A stretch of DNA of 47,826 bases from Candidatus Kaiserbacteria bacterium RIFCSPHIGHO2_12_FULL_53_13 (GTDB lineage Bacteria; Patescibacteriota; Minisyncoccia; Phycocordibacterales; UBA2100), in assembly GCA_001781555.1 (NCBI GenBank), contig MFLP01000034.1, forward strand, positions 1,788 through 49,613, in the 5' to 3' direction. Both the position numbers and the translations under genes were made by a program. Below the pieces are notes generated by a model that ran no database searches, was not told the origin of the DNA, and saw only the letters and a program-made list of their open reading frames with translations. This document shows, in pieces, positions 18,818 to 27,384 of this stretch (positions within the stretch are counted from its first letter, which is position 1; each line of letters opens with the position of its first letter).

Positions 18818-18845
18818 ATGCTAGTGTTTTGCAAAAGACTAGCAT
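18818..18845. promoter_or_regulatory. 28-bp palindromic operator upstream of the ArsR-like gene
   Basis: ATGCTAGTGTTTTGCAAAAGACTAGCAT (one mismatch); its central 20 bp recur at 19117-19136. Confidence 0.7.
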
Positions 18846-18861
18846 AAGGTAGAATTGCAAC

Positions 18862-19143
18862 ATGACGAATGTTAGTAGTGAATACAGAAGGCTAGAGCGG
18901 ATTGTAAAAGGATTTGCGAATCATCGGCGGCTTCAGATCTTGGATCTTTTGAAGCGGGAGCCGGAATTGTCGGTAGAAGACATTTCCGAACGGCTGGGGA
19001 TTGGATACGAGAATGCATCTGACCATGTACGCAAACTCGCGATAGCCGGGCTTGTCCTCAAGCGCAACGAGGGAAGCTCGGTGCGGCACAAGCTTACGCC
19101 CCGCGCGGAGTCTATACTAGTGTTTTGCAAAAGACTGCAATAA
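18862..19143 (+). CDS. ArsR-family winged HTH regulator
   Basis: KGFANHRRLQILDLL..LSVEDISERL..ASDHVRKLAIAGLV. Confidence 0.8.
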   Translation: MTNVSSEYRRLERIVKGFANHRRLQILDLLKREPELSVEDISERLGIGYENASDHVRKLAIAGLVLKRNEGSSVRHKLTPRAESILVFCKRLQ

Positions 19144-19308
19144 GAAAAGAGTGGGAAGAAGGGGAAATTGAAGTGGGAAGGGGGAGATGAAGTGGGGTGA
19201 AGAAAAGAGTGTAGAGAATGGGAAGGGGGCGAGGCGGGGAAAACGACATGAGGAAGTAGGGGCGGAGCAAGTTTCCCAAAAATAAGGAATTGTGGGATAT
19301 TTGGGCTA

Positions 19309-19656
19309 ATGGCAACGTGGAGTGATATTCAGAAGAAGGCGATTGAATTTCGCGATGTGCGGGATTGGAAGCAGTTCAATAATCCGAAAGACTTGGCCTT
19401 GTCGCTTGTTCTCGAAGCGGCGGAGGTCTTGGAACATTTTCAGTGGAGAAACGGAAAGGAGATGGAAGAATATGTCCGCACGCACAAAGGAGAAATTGCG
19501 GAGGAACTCGCGGATGTTTTGTATTGGCTCGCAACAATGAGCCATGATTTGAAAATCGATTTGTTTAGGGCATTTGAAGCGAAAATGAAAAAGAACGAAA
19601 AGAAATACCCGATCAAGAAGTCCAAGGGCAAGCACACCAAGTACGATAGGTTATAG
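19309..19656 (+). CDS. MazG-like nucleotide pyrophosphohydrolase
   Basis: RDWKQFNNPKDLALSLVLEAAEVLEHFQW..EELADV..KNEKKYP. Confidence 0.88.
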   Translation: MATWSDIQKKAIEFRDVRDWKQFNNPKDLALSLVLEAAEVLEHFQWRNGKEMEEYVRTHKGEIAEELADVLYWLATMSHDLKIDLFRAFEAKMKKNEKKYPIKKSKGKHTKYDRL

Positions 19657-19717
19657 GCAGAAAAGGAGCATCTGAGCGGATTTCCCCAAAGTTCGTATTT
19701 GTGGGATGATCCTATTG

Positions 19718-20551
19718 ATGGCTATTCCAACATACGATAATTTGTTTAACCCAGTCATTGAAGCCTTAAAGAAACTTGGAGGTTCAGGATCAGTTTCTGA
19801 GATTGAAGAGAAAGTCGCCGTATTACTCAAATTGACCGATGAAGAAGTAAACGAAATACACCGAGGTAACAGGTCGAAGTTGAGCTATCGACTTGCTTGG
19901 TCGAGAAATTATCTGAAACGTTACGGAATCTTGGAAAATTCCTCGCGTGGAGTTTGGGCTCTAACGCCATTGGGAACGAAGACAGGAAAAGTCGATAAAG
20001 ACGAGGTCAACAAGGCCGTCAAACTGCTTGACCAAGCGCTCGTCAAGGGGAAGAAAGATGGTAAAAAAGTTATAGACGATGAAGAGCCAGGTTTATGGCA
20101 AGAAGAAATGTTGGAGCAACTTCTGAAACTTTCTCCAGCCGCGTTCGAGCGACTATGTCAACGTATACTACGCGAGTCAGGCTTTGTTCAAGTAGAAGTC
20201 ACTGGCCGATCCGGTGATGGAGGTATTGATGGTCGGGGCATTATAAAGATAGCAGGTCTTCTTAGCTTCTACATTATTTTTCAGTGCAAACGGTATACGG
20301 GCAGTGTATCTGCTCAGCAGATCAGAGATTTCAGAGGTGCGATGGTCGGGCGAGCTGATAAAGGACTTGTTATAACTACTGGGACTTTTACGAGAGACGC
20401 AAGGCAAGAAGCTACAAGGGATGGTGCGCCGCACATCGATCTTATCGAGGGGGAGGAGTTAGTTGAGAAGATGAAGGAATTGCAACTTGGTTTGAAAATT
20501 AAGATGGAGGAATCGGTTGAGGTTGATAAGGATTGGTTTAAAGCTTTCTAA
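19718..20551 (+). CDS. mrr: Mrr-family type IV restriction endonuclease
   Basis: Mrr N-domain (YRLAWSRNYLK..SSRGVW) and catalytic GDGGIDG..QCKRY..ITTGTFT..LIEG. Confidence 0.92.
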   Translation: MAIPTYDNLFNPVIEALKKLGGSGSVSEIEEKVAVLLKLTDEEVNEIHRGNRSKLSYRLAWSRNYLKRYGILENSSRGVWALTPLGTKTGKVDKDEVNKAVKLLDQALVKGKKDGKKVIDDEEPGLWQEEMLEQLLKLSPAAFERLCQRILRESGFVQVEVTGRSGDGGIDGRGIIKIAGLLSFYIIFQCKRYTGSVSAQQIRDFRGAMVGRADKGLVITTGTFTRDARQEATRDGAPHIDLIEGEELVEKMKELQLGLKIKMEESVEVDKDWFKAF

Positions 20552-20567
20552 ACCAACCCAACTAATT

Positions 20568-21518
20568 ATGAAGAAGAGAGAAAAGAAGAAGAAACAGAAT
20601 TCATGGATAGCAAAAGCCGCAGACTCTATTAAAAGGGCTGGACTTGCGTACAAAACTGTTACCACCAAGAGTTCACAGCATCTTTTGATAAATGCCGACT
20701 GTGAGGACGGGATGCGTGCGCTGCCGGAAGGCAGTGTGGATCTTATTATCACAGATCCACCCTACAACCAGAATCTCGATTATGGTCCGAAATTCAACGA
20801 CAAAAAATCCCGCGGTGAGTTTTATTCCTGGTTTAGAAGACGACTTTCATATATTCCCAGTCTATTAAGTTCACGCGGAAGTTTTTATCTTATTAGCTAT
20901 CCAGAAATTAATGCCAGAATCTTACCGTTTCTTGAGGACGAGCTGGGCCTAAACTATCGTGCATGGATCACATGGCATTATCCAACAAATATCGGTCATT
21001 CGAAAAAGAACTTCACACGCAGCCAAAGATCCATCTTATTTTTTACTAAGGAAAAAGATAATTATATTTTTAACCGGGATATTTTACTCCAGCCATATAA
21101 AAATCCAACCGCACCTGTTATAAGAGAACGAATCAAACAAGGGGCTAAAGGTCGGGTTGCATATGACACACTTCGTTTATCTGATTTATATGAACTCAAT
21201 AAATTGTCATACGATGTACAGATATTAGATCTATTAAAAAACAATTCTCCTGAGAGACTAAGAAATCTGGACGGGCACTTTACCCCTTTCAACGATGATA
21301 AGAAGTTGAAGAGAAATGATCATCCCTGTCAGTTGCCCTTGAGCTTGCTCACACTTTTTATACAAGTTAGTAGCAACACAAATTCTCTGATCCTGGATCC
21401 ATTCGCCGGCACTTTTACCACCTCCGCTGCGGCTGAAAAATTAAACCGCTCTTCTGTGGGAATAGAGCTTAACAAGAAATTCATAGATTTCGGTTCAAAG
21501 AGATTATCTCTCATATGA
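20568..21518 (+). CDS. N6-adenine/N4-cytosine DNA methyltransferase (beta-type motif order)
   Basis: ITDPPY near the N-terminus; HPCQLP and ILDPFAGTFTT near the C-terminus. Confidence 0.9.
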   Translation: MKKREKKKKQNSWIAKAADSIKRAGLAYKTVTTKSSQHLLINADCEDGMRALPEGSVDLIITDPPYNQNLDYGPKFNDKKSRGEFYSWFRRRLSYIPSLLSSRGSFYLISYPEINARILPFLEDELGLNYRAWITWHYPTNIGHSKKNFTRSQRSILFFTKEKDNYIFNRDILLQPYKNPTAPVIRERIKQGAKGRVAYDTLRLSDLYELNKLSYDVQILDLLKNNSPERLRNLDGHFTPFNDDKKLKRNDHPCQLPLSLLTLFIQVSSNTNSLILDPFAGTFTTSAAAEKLNRSSVGIELNKKFIDFGSKRLSLI

Positions 21519-23260
21519 AATATGGACTTGCACAAGCAATAAACATCTTCAATCTAGGGGGAATATTTGCTTGTGATATTGAAGAAACAAAACTTCTAAT
21601 CTCGAAAAGATCCGAGACAGTAAGTGCAGGGAAAATAACGAAGCAAGGAGAGGAGATTGAACTTGACGGCTTTGCGATGAAGGGGGATGTGTTATGGCTC
21701 ATAGAATATACGGACTCGAGGAGCTTAGACACAAAAGATTTTGACAACTTTATTCAAAAGATTACTCTCTTGGGAGACGATGAAAACAAGATGCTTATAG
21801 AAGCCATTAATAAAATCTGGTCAAAATATAAAGTAAAAGAAACGAAACCGAACATCACAGTTAAGACGCAATTAATCGGTCTCTACATTGCGCCGATGAA
21901 AGGTGAGGCTGATGAGGCCACACTCCTCCAAAGAATACCGAGAGACAAGAGAGACAAGACAATATTTTTTTGGGGTCGCGATACTTTTGAGTATTTTTAC
22001 TCCATATGTGAGAGCACCAGACGAAATGCACAGTATGAAATTTACGGTTATTTCAATCTGGAACCTAAGGCCGTCTTCGAGAAGAAGGAAGTCGAAGACC
22101 AAGAGGGCTATGTGTCGAAACCCTATGTAGATATTGAGAAAGGTATTTTCGGATGTCGAATGATAATTTTTAAGATTAGCCCCACATCACTTCTCCGGAG
22201 ATGCTATGTGTTGCGCAACGAGGGCTGGAAAAGCGACAGTTTCCAGCGAATGATAATTCAGGAGAAGTTGAAAAAACTGCGCTCGTACATTGTCGCAAGG
22301 GATGATTCTTCATTTGCGAATAGCATCATTCTCAGTTTGGATCCGAATATTTCGTCAAACGTTTTGAAAGAGGATACAAAGTCAATACTGCTTCCGAATC
22401 GTTTTGCAAGCTTATGTATCATTGATGGTCAACACAGACTTCTCGCGTTTACGCAAGATTTTTATGGAGAGAGCGATCCTTCAGAAAAGGAAAATGATGG
22501 GAAAATTAAGAGACTTGCCGAGAATGAAGATTTAATTGCCACGCTGTTGGTTTTTAATGGAAAACCGCAAGAAATATTGCGTAAACAGACTCAACTTTTT
22601 AGAGATATTAATGCGACCCAAACAAAAGTAAAAAGCGACTTCCTCTATAATCTTGAAGAGATTATAGAGCCTAAGAACCCATCGTCAGTTGGAAACAAGA
22701 TTATCAAATCTCTCAACAGGAGAGAGAACGGTGTATTTCATGAGAAGTTTTCTGTTAAATGGTATCAAGGTGGGAGAATAAAAAGATCTAGTGTCATCCA
22801 ATGGGGATTGGTCGACTTGGTCAAAAAAGACGGACTTCTTTATAAGTGTGCTCCGCGCTCTACGATAGAGAAATATTCAAAGGGTGACGTCGAAGATTAT
22901 GTAGTCTTTTGCGCGAATTCGCTGGAAGACTTCTTTTACGCCATCAGACAAACATTTAAGAAGAAGTATCCTAAGAAAAAGAGCGTGTGGGATTTTTCTT
23001 CAAAAAGTAAACTAATGCTGCTATCGACATCAGCAATCGTGGGATTCCTTAGGCTTTACAGGCATTTCTTGCATTCGAAGATTTTAAAATCCAATTACGA
23101 GGAATACCTTTCCGGTATTGAAGTCAAATTCAACAAAGTTTCTTACAAGTATAGTTCCAGCCAATGGGCAAAGTTAGAGGAGGCAATGTTTGATGACATT
23201 CGCGAAAAATACGGATCTTTTGGCGATGAGTCACTAATAAAAAGATCAAAGAAAATCTAA
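21515..23260 (+). CDS. DGQHR-domain (DndB-like) protein with possible N-terminal PD-(D/E)xK-like domain
   Basis: FQR..IIDGQHRL..F.DINATQ motifs; N-terminal EIELDGF..WLIEYT; ATGA overlap with the MTase stop. Confidence 0.75.
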   Translation: MKYGLAQAINIFNLGGIFACDIEETKLLISKRSETVSAGKITKQGEEIELDGFAMKGDVLWLIEYTDSRSLDTKDFDNFIQKITLLGDDENKMLIEAINKIWSKYKVKETKPNITVKTQLIGLYIAPMKGEADEATLLQRIPRDKRDKTIFFWGRDTFEYFYSICESTRRNAQYEIYGYFNLEPKAVFEKKEVEDQEGYVSKPYVDIEKGIFGCRMIIFKISPTSLLRRCYVLRNEGWKSDSFQRMIIQEKLKKLRSYIVARDDSSFANSIILSLDPNISSNVLKEDTKSILLPNRFASLCIIDGQHRLLAFTQDFYGESDPSEKENDGKIKRLAENEDLIATLLVFNGKPQEILRKQTQLFRDINATQTKVKSDFLYNLEEIIEPKNPSSVGNKIIKSLNRRENGVFHEKFSVKWYQGGRIKRSSVIQWGLVDLVKKDGLLYKCAPRSTIEKYSKGDVEDYVVFCANSLEDFFYAIRQTFKKKYPKKKSVWDFSSKSKLMLLSTSAIVGFLRLYRHFLHSKILKSNYEEYLSGIEVKFNKVSYKYSSSQWAKLEEAMFDDIREKYGSFGDESLIKRSKKI

Positions 23261-23370
23261 GTATTCCCTGCAGAGGCGTCTTGCATCAAATCGACGCCGG
23301 TGGACATTGGGCGATTCCAACCTCGTTTGTTTGTTCAGCTAGGTTCATTACTTGAGCCGTTCGCTTTCCC

Positions 23371-23488
23371 AGCTTAAGCGAGCTCGGGCATAGCGCTTCT
23401 GCCGTGTCTAGCAGCGCGACGGCGCGAGAGGCAGCGCTGTGCGAGCACGCACAGACAGCGACGGCAGAAGTGCTATGCCCGACGAGTA
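23371..23488 (-). repeat. GCTCG-hairpin element, copy B
   Basis: Reverse complement nearly identical to 14004-14116, with compensatory stem changes. Confidence 0.8.
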
Positions 23489-23686
23489 TCCCTATTGCCA
23501 CCCCCCACCATTTTGTGCTATCCTGGTAATGTGAAATATAGAGGCGTAAACATACAGAATCGCCGTAGGACGCCTTATTTGAGGGTGTTTTAGAGCGTTT
23601 GCATTTATCCAGATCAAACTTTCCGAAACGTCCTCAAAAATGAGGCCGTTTTTGATTAATAGGGTAAAATTACACAGTAAAATAAT

Positions 23687-24949
23687 ATGAAAGCACAATA
23701 TCCGTACCACAAGGTAGCTTCATACGAAGGAGATAAAGACAGCATGAAGAAAGTCGTGCTTCTCTATTCTGGCGGGCTTGATACTTCCGTTTTATTAAAA
23801 TGGATACAAGACGAATACAAAGTCAAAGTTATTACGTTAACTCTGGACCTGGGCCAACAGCATGATGACTTGGATGCCATCAAGCAGAAAGCCCTGAAGT
23901 TCGGAGCGGTCAAGGCGATAGCACTTGATGTCAAAGAAGAATTCGCGAACGAGTACCTTGCTAAGGGCATTAGGGCCAATGCCCATTACCAGGGCGAATA
24001 CCATCTTTCAACCCCGATGGCTCGGGCGATTTTGGCGAAGAAAGCTGTAGAGGTTGCGGAGAAGGAAGGTGCCGATTGCATCGCTCACGGCTGCACCGGA
24101 AAGGGGAATGACCAAGTGAGGCTTGATGGTTACATTCTGGCACACAGTCCGAAAATGAAAATAATCGCGCCAGTCAGGGAATGGGGAATGGACAGAAAAG
24201 AAGAAATCCAGTACGCCAAAGAACATGGCATACCAGTTCCTGCAACAGCCGACTTTCCTTATTCGGATGATGACAACATGGGTGGCATTACCTGGGAGGG
24301 CGGAGAAATTACAGATCCGAGCCTCATTGCTCAAGAGGAAAGATTTCTCACTACGTACACGCTTCCCAAGAATGCGCCGGATAAGCCGGAACTCATAAAG
24401 TTGGAATTCAAGCAGGGCGTTCCTGTCGCCTTGAACGGAGAAAAATTGAGCCTCGCCCCATTGCTCATGAAATTAAACAAGATGGCAGGAAAACACGGAG
24501 TCGGCACCTTTCAGGTTCTTGAAGACAGATTGATAGGACTGAAAAACAGAGGAGTCTACGAACATCCTGGGCTTCATACGATCATCGAAGCCCATCGCTA
24601 CTTGGAAAGATACGTCTCAACAAAAATCCTGAATGAAGTGAAAGAAACGATAGACACTCGCTGGGGATATCTCTGTTACGGCGCCTATTGGTTTGATCCC
24701 GTCATGGATGCCATCAACGCCTTCAATGATTCTGTGAATGAAAAGGTAACCGGGGAGGTAACCGTCAGACTCTTCAAAGGCAACACTGCAGTGGTCGCGA
24801 TGAAATCGCCTTTTGCACTTGCGTTTGCCTCCTTCAACAATGCCGAAGGCTACAAATTCAACGTGAATGCAAGCGCCGGGTTCGTTGAGCTATATTCGTT
24901 GCAGATGAAGATCGCGAACGAGATAGCGCGGAAGAAAAAGAAAAAATAA
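23687..24949 (+). CDS. argG: Argininosuccinate synthase
   Basis: YSGGLDTS, HGCTGKGNDQVR, EDRLIGLKNRGVYE. Confidence 0.95.
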   Translation: MKAQYPYHKVASYEGDKDSMKKVVLLYSGGLDTSVLLKWIQDEYKVKVITLTLDLGQQHDDLDAIKQKALKFGAVKAIALDVKEEFANEYLAKGIRANAHYQGEYHLSTPMARAILAKKAVEVAEKEGADCIAHGCTGKGNDQVRLDGYILAHSPKMKIIAPVREWGMDRKEEIQYAKEHGIPVPATADFPYSDDDNMGGITWEGGEITDPSLIAQEERFLTTYTLPKNAPDKPELIKLEFKQGVPVALNGEKLSLAPLLMKLNKMAGKHGVGTFQVLEDRLIGLKNRGVYEHPGLHTIIEAHRYLERYVSTKILNEVKETIDTRWGYLCYGAYWFDPVMDAINAFNDSVNEKVTGEVTVRLFKGNTAVVAMKSPFALAFASFNNAEGYKFNVNASAGFVELYSLQMKIANEIARKKKKK

Positions 24950-24952
24950 TTT

Positions 24953-24987
24953 CCTAACACCTAAACCCAAATCCCTATCACCTAATC
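24953..24987 (+). repeat. Heptamer CCTAnnn tandem array before argH
   Basis: CCTAACA CCTAAAC CCAAATC CCTATCA CCTAATC, then TTTATG. Confidence 0.8.
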
Positions 24988-24990
24988 TTT

Positions 24991-26280
24991 ATGGCAAAGC
25001 TCTGGAAAAAGTCAGAGGAAAAACTGCATCCGTCCGTTGAGAGATATACGGCCGGGACCGATCACGTATTCGACATGCAATTAATGCCGTTTGATATTGA
25101 AGCCACCCGCGCGCATGCCAAAGGCCTTCAAAAAATAGGGATTCTTACGAGCGAAGAGCTCTCAAAAATACTCTCGGCCCTCGACAGCTTGGAAAAAGAA
25201 TTCGCGAACGGGGAGATAAAAATCACTCCGGCGGACGAAGATTGCCACACCGTGATGGAGAACTACCTCGTGAATAAACTCGGCGACACGGGGAAGAAAA
25301 TACACACCGGCAGAAGCAGGAATGACCAGGTGCTTGTGGCCCTGCGCATGTATATGCGCGCTTGCGCGCGTGAATTACATGGCGCAAGCGTGGAACTTGC
25401 CTCGAGTTTTCTTGATAAAGCGGAGAAGTACAAAGATATGCCGATGCCGGGCTACTCGCACACCCAGCAAGCGATGCTCACAAGCGTCGGCCATTACCTG
25501 CTGGCCTTCACGGAGAGTTTGCTGGACGATGCAGACCATCTTGCGCTAGTCCTCAAGCACATCAACAAGAGCCCTCTTGGTTCTGCCGCTGGATTCGGGG
25601 TCTCAATTCCATTGGATAGGGAATTCACCGCAAAAGAACTCAAGTTCGACGGAGTGCAGGTCAACTCTCTTTACTGCCAGAATTCACGCGGCAAATTCGA
25701 GAGTGTTTTTATGGAAGCGCTGGCGCAGATAATGCTTAGCTTGGGAAAATTTGCGAACGACATGCTCATGTTCACTTCGAATGAGTTCGATTTCTTCTCG
25801 GTTGATGGTTCGCTTACTACCGGTTCGAGCATCATGCCGCAAAAAAGGAACCTGGATGTCATGGAGATACTTCGCGGCAACGTAAGCGTGGTTCTTGCGG
25901 ACCAGCTCATGGTCAAGGACATTTCAAAGAATCTTCTCTCCGGCTATAACAGGGACCTCCAGCTCCTGAAGAAGCCCGTAATGGAGAGCGTTGAGATAGT
26001 CCGGAGCAGCCTGCAGGTGGCAGGGCTTATGCTTTCAGGAATGACGCCGAATGAAGAAAGCATGCGGGCGAAGATAACGCCCGGCATATTCGCGGCTGAC
26101 ATCGCGAATCAGCTTGTGCAGGAAAAAGGCATGCCGTTCCGCGACGCATACAAGCAGGCGCTTGACCTCGTCTCTTCGCGCCCGGTCGACTTGAAGGAGA
26201 ATCTCGATTCAAAGGTAAGCTTGGGAGCACCCGGGAATCTCGACCTCGCTAACTATCGCCGCCGCATAAAAAATGCATGA
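24991..26280 (+). CDS. argH: Argininosuccinate lyase
   Basis: HTGRSRNDQV, MPGYSHTQ, SPLGSAAG, TGSSIMPQKRN, GYNRDLQ, GMPFRDAY. Confidence 0.95.
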   Translation: MAKLWKKSEEKLHPSVERYTAGTDHVFDMQLMPFDIEATRAHAKGLQKIGILTSEELSKILSALDSLEKEFANGEIKITPADEDCHTVMENYLVNKLGDTGKKIHTGRSRNDQVLVALRMYMRACARELHGASVELASSFLDKAEKYKDMPMPGYSHTQQAMLTSVGHYLLAFTESLLDDADHLALVLKHINKSPLGSAAGFGVSIPLDREFTAKELKFDGVQVNSLYCQNSRGKFESVFMEALAQIMLSLGKFANDMLMFTSNEFDFFSVDGSLTTGSSIMPQKRNLDVMEILRGNVSVVLADQLMVKDISKNLLSGYNRDLQLLKKPVMESVEIVRSSLQVAGLMLSGMTPNEESMRAKITPGIFAADIANQLVQEKGMPFRDAYKQALDLVSSRPVDLKENLDSKVSLGAPGNLDLANYRRRIKNA

Positions 26281-26281
26281 G

Positions 26282-26398
26282 TCCCGTTAGAAGTCGCGGA
26301 CGACTAAATATACTAGCAACTATGAACTCAGCATTTATCAACGATAACAAAGTAAGATACGGAGCCCGTTCCGGTTCCGCGTCTTACTTCTAACGGGA
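26282..26398 (+). mobile_element. Start-codon-associated TIR element, copy 3 (117 bp) at argF
   Basis: TCCCGTTAGAAGT / ACTTCTAACGGGA; flanks TGAG (26278-26281) and TGAA (26399-26402); upstream ATG 26277 overlaps the argH stop. Confidence 0.85.
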
Positions 26399-27381
26399 TG
26401 AAACACCTAATTTCTCTTAAAGAACAGAGCGCGGATGATATCCGGGAAATTCTGGATATTGCGTCAGACCTGAAGAAGAAATATCGCGCGGGTATCGCGA
26501 CGAATTTGCTGCCGGGGAAGACTCTCGTCATGCTCTTCCAGAAAAACTCGACGCGGACGCGCCTTTCATTTGAAGCCGGAATGACGGAACTCGGCGGCCA
26601 CGCGATATTCCTGGCGTCATCGCATGCACAGTTGCCGCTCGCGGATTTTAGCGACGAGATACAGGCAATAATGCGATTCGCAGATGTGTTGATGATACGG
26701 TCCATGCACGTCAAAGACGTGCTGACGGCCGCATCATACGACCGCATCCCAGTCATCGATGCTTGCAGCGAGAAATATCATCCATGCCAGGCGCTCGGAG
26801 ATATTATGACGATGTCGGAATATTCCGGTGGACTCAAGAATGTCAAAAAAATCGCGTGGCTGGGAATAGAAAATAACGTGTGCAATACCTTGAAACTGGC
26901 TTGTGCGAAATTGGGCATAGAGGTCGTTCTTGCGACTCCCGAAGTTCATCCGCCAAGCGTTGACAAGGAACTGAACGCGCAGGCTTCCGCGACGGGGAAA
27001 GTGCGGCGCGCTAAACATCCCAAGGATGCCATTGCCGACGCCGACTACGTGCACACCGATACATGGCTCGATGCGGAGTATTTCAATAATCGCACTCCGA
27101 AGCCGGAGTTCAGCGCGGAATTCGAACGGCGCAAGGCCGTGTTCATGCCGTACCAGCTGAATGCGAAACTCATTGATACGTATGCGCCGAAGGCGCGGAT
27201 AATGCACTGCATGCCGATGCACGTCGGGTACGAAATATCACGCGACGCCATCGACCACAAGAACTCCGTCATCTTTGATCAGGCGGAAAACCGCAAGCAC
27301 GTGCAGAAGGCGATCTTGCTCTGGCTTTTGGGCGTAAATATTAATCCTGCAAAACATCGGAAAATAGGGAAGAAGCGATGA
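26398..27381 (+). CDS. argF: Ornithine carbamoyltransferase-family protein
   Basis: STRTR, HPCQ, HCMP, FDQAENR; follows argG-argH. Confidence 0.8.
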   Translation: MKHLISLKEQSADDIREILDIASDLKKKYRAGIATNLLPGKTLVMLFQKNSTRTRLSFEAGMTELGGHAIFLASSHAQLPLADFSDEIQAIMRFADVLMIRSMHVKDVLTAASYDRIPVIDACSEKYHPCQALGDIMTMSEYSGGLKNVKKIAWLGIENNVCNTLKLACAKLGIEVVLATPEVHPPSVDKELNAQASATGKVRRAKHPKDAIADADYVHTDTWLDAEYFNNRTPKPEFSAEFERRKAVFMPYQLNAKLIDTYAPKARIMHCMPMHVGYEISRDAIDHKNSVIFDQAENRKHVQKAILLWLLGVNINPAKHRKIGKKR

Positions 27382-27384
27382 CGA

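Noticed and set aside
23587..23600. GTTTTAGAGC resembling the start of a type II-A CRISPR repeat (TTTAGAGCGTTTG also at about 31106)
   Set aside because: Isolated short matches; no repeat-spacer periodicity and no cas genes.
23500..23686. T-box or ARG-box leader before argG
   Set aside because: A hairpin (23626-23651) and GAGGGTG are present, but no convincing T-box consensus or ARG box.
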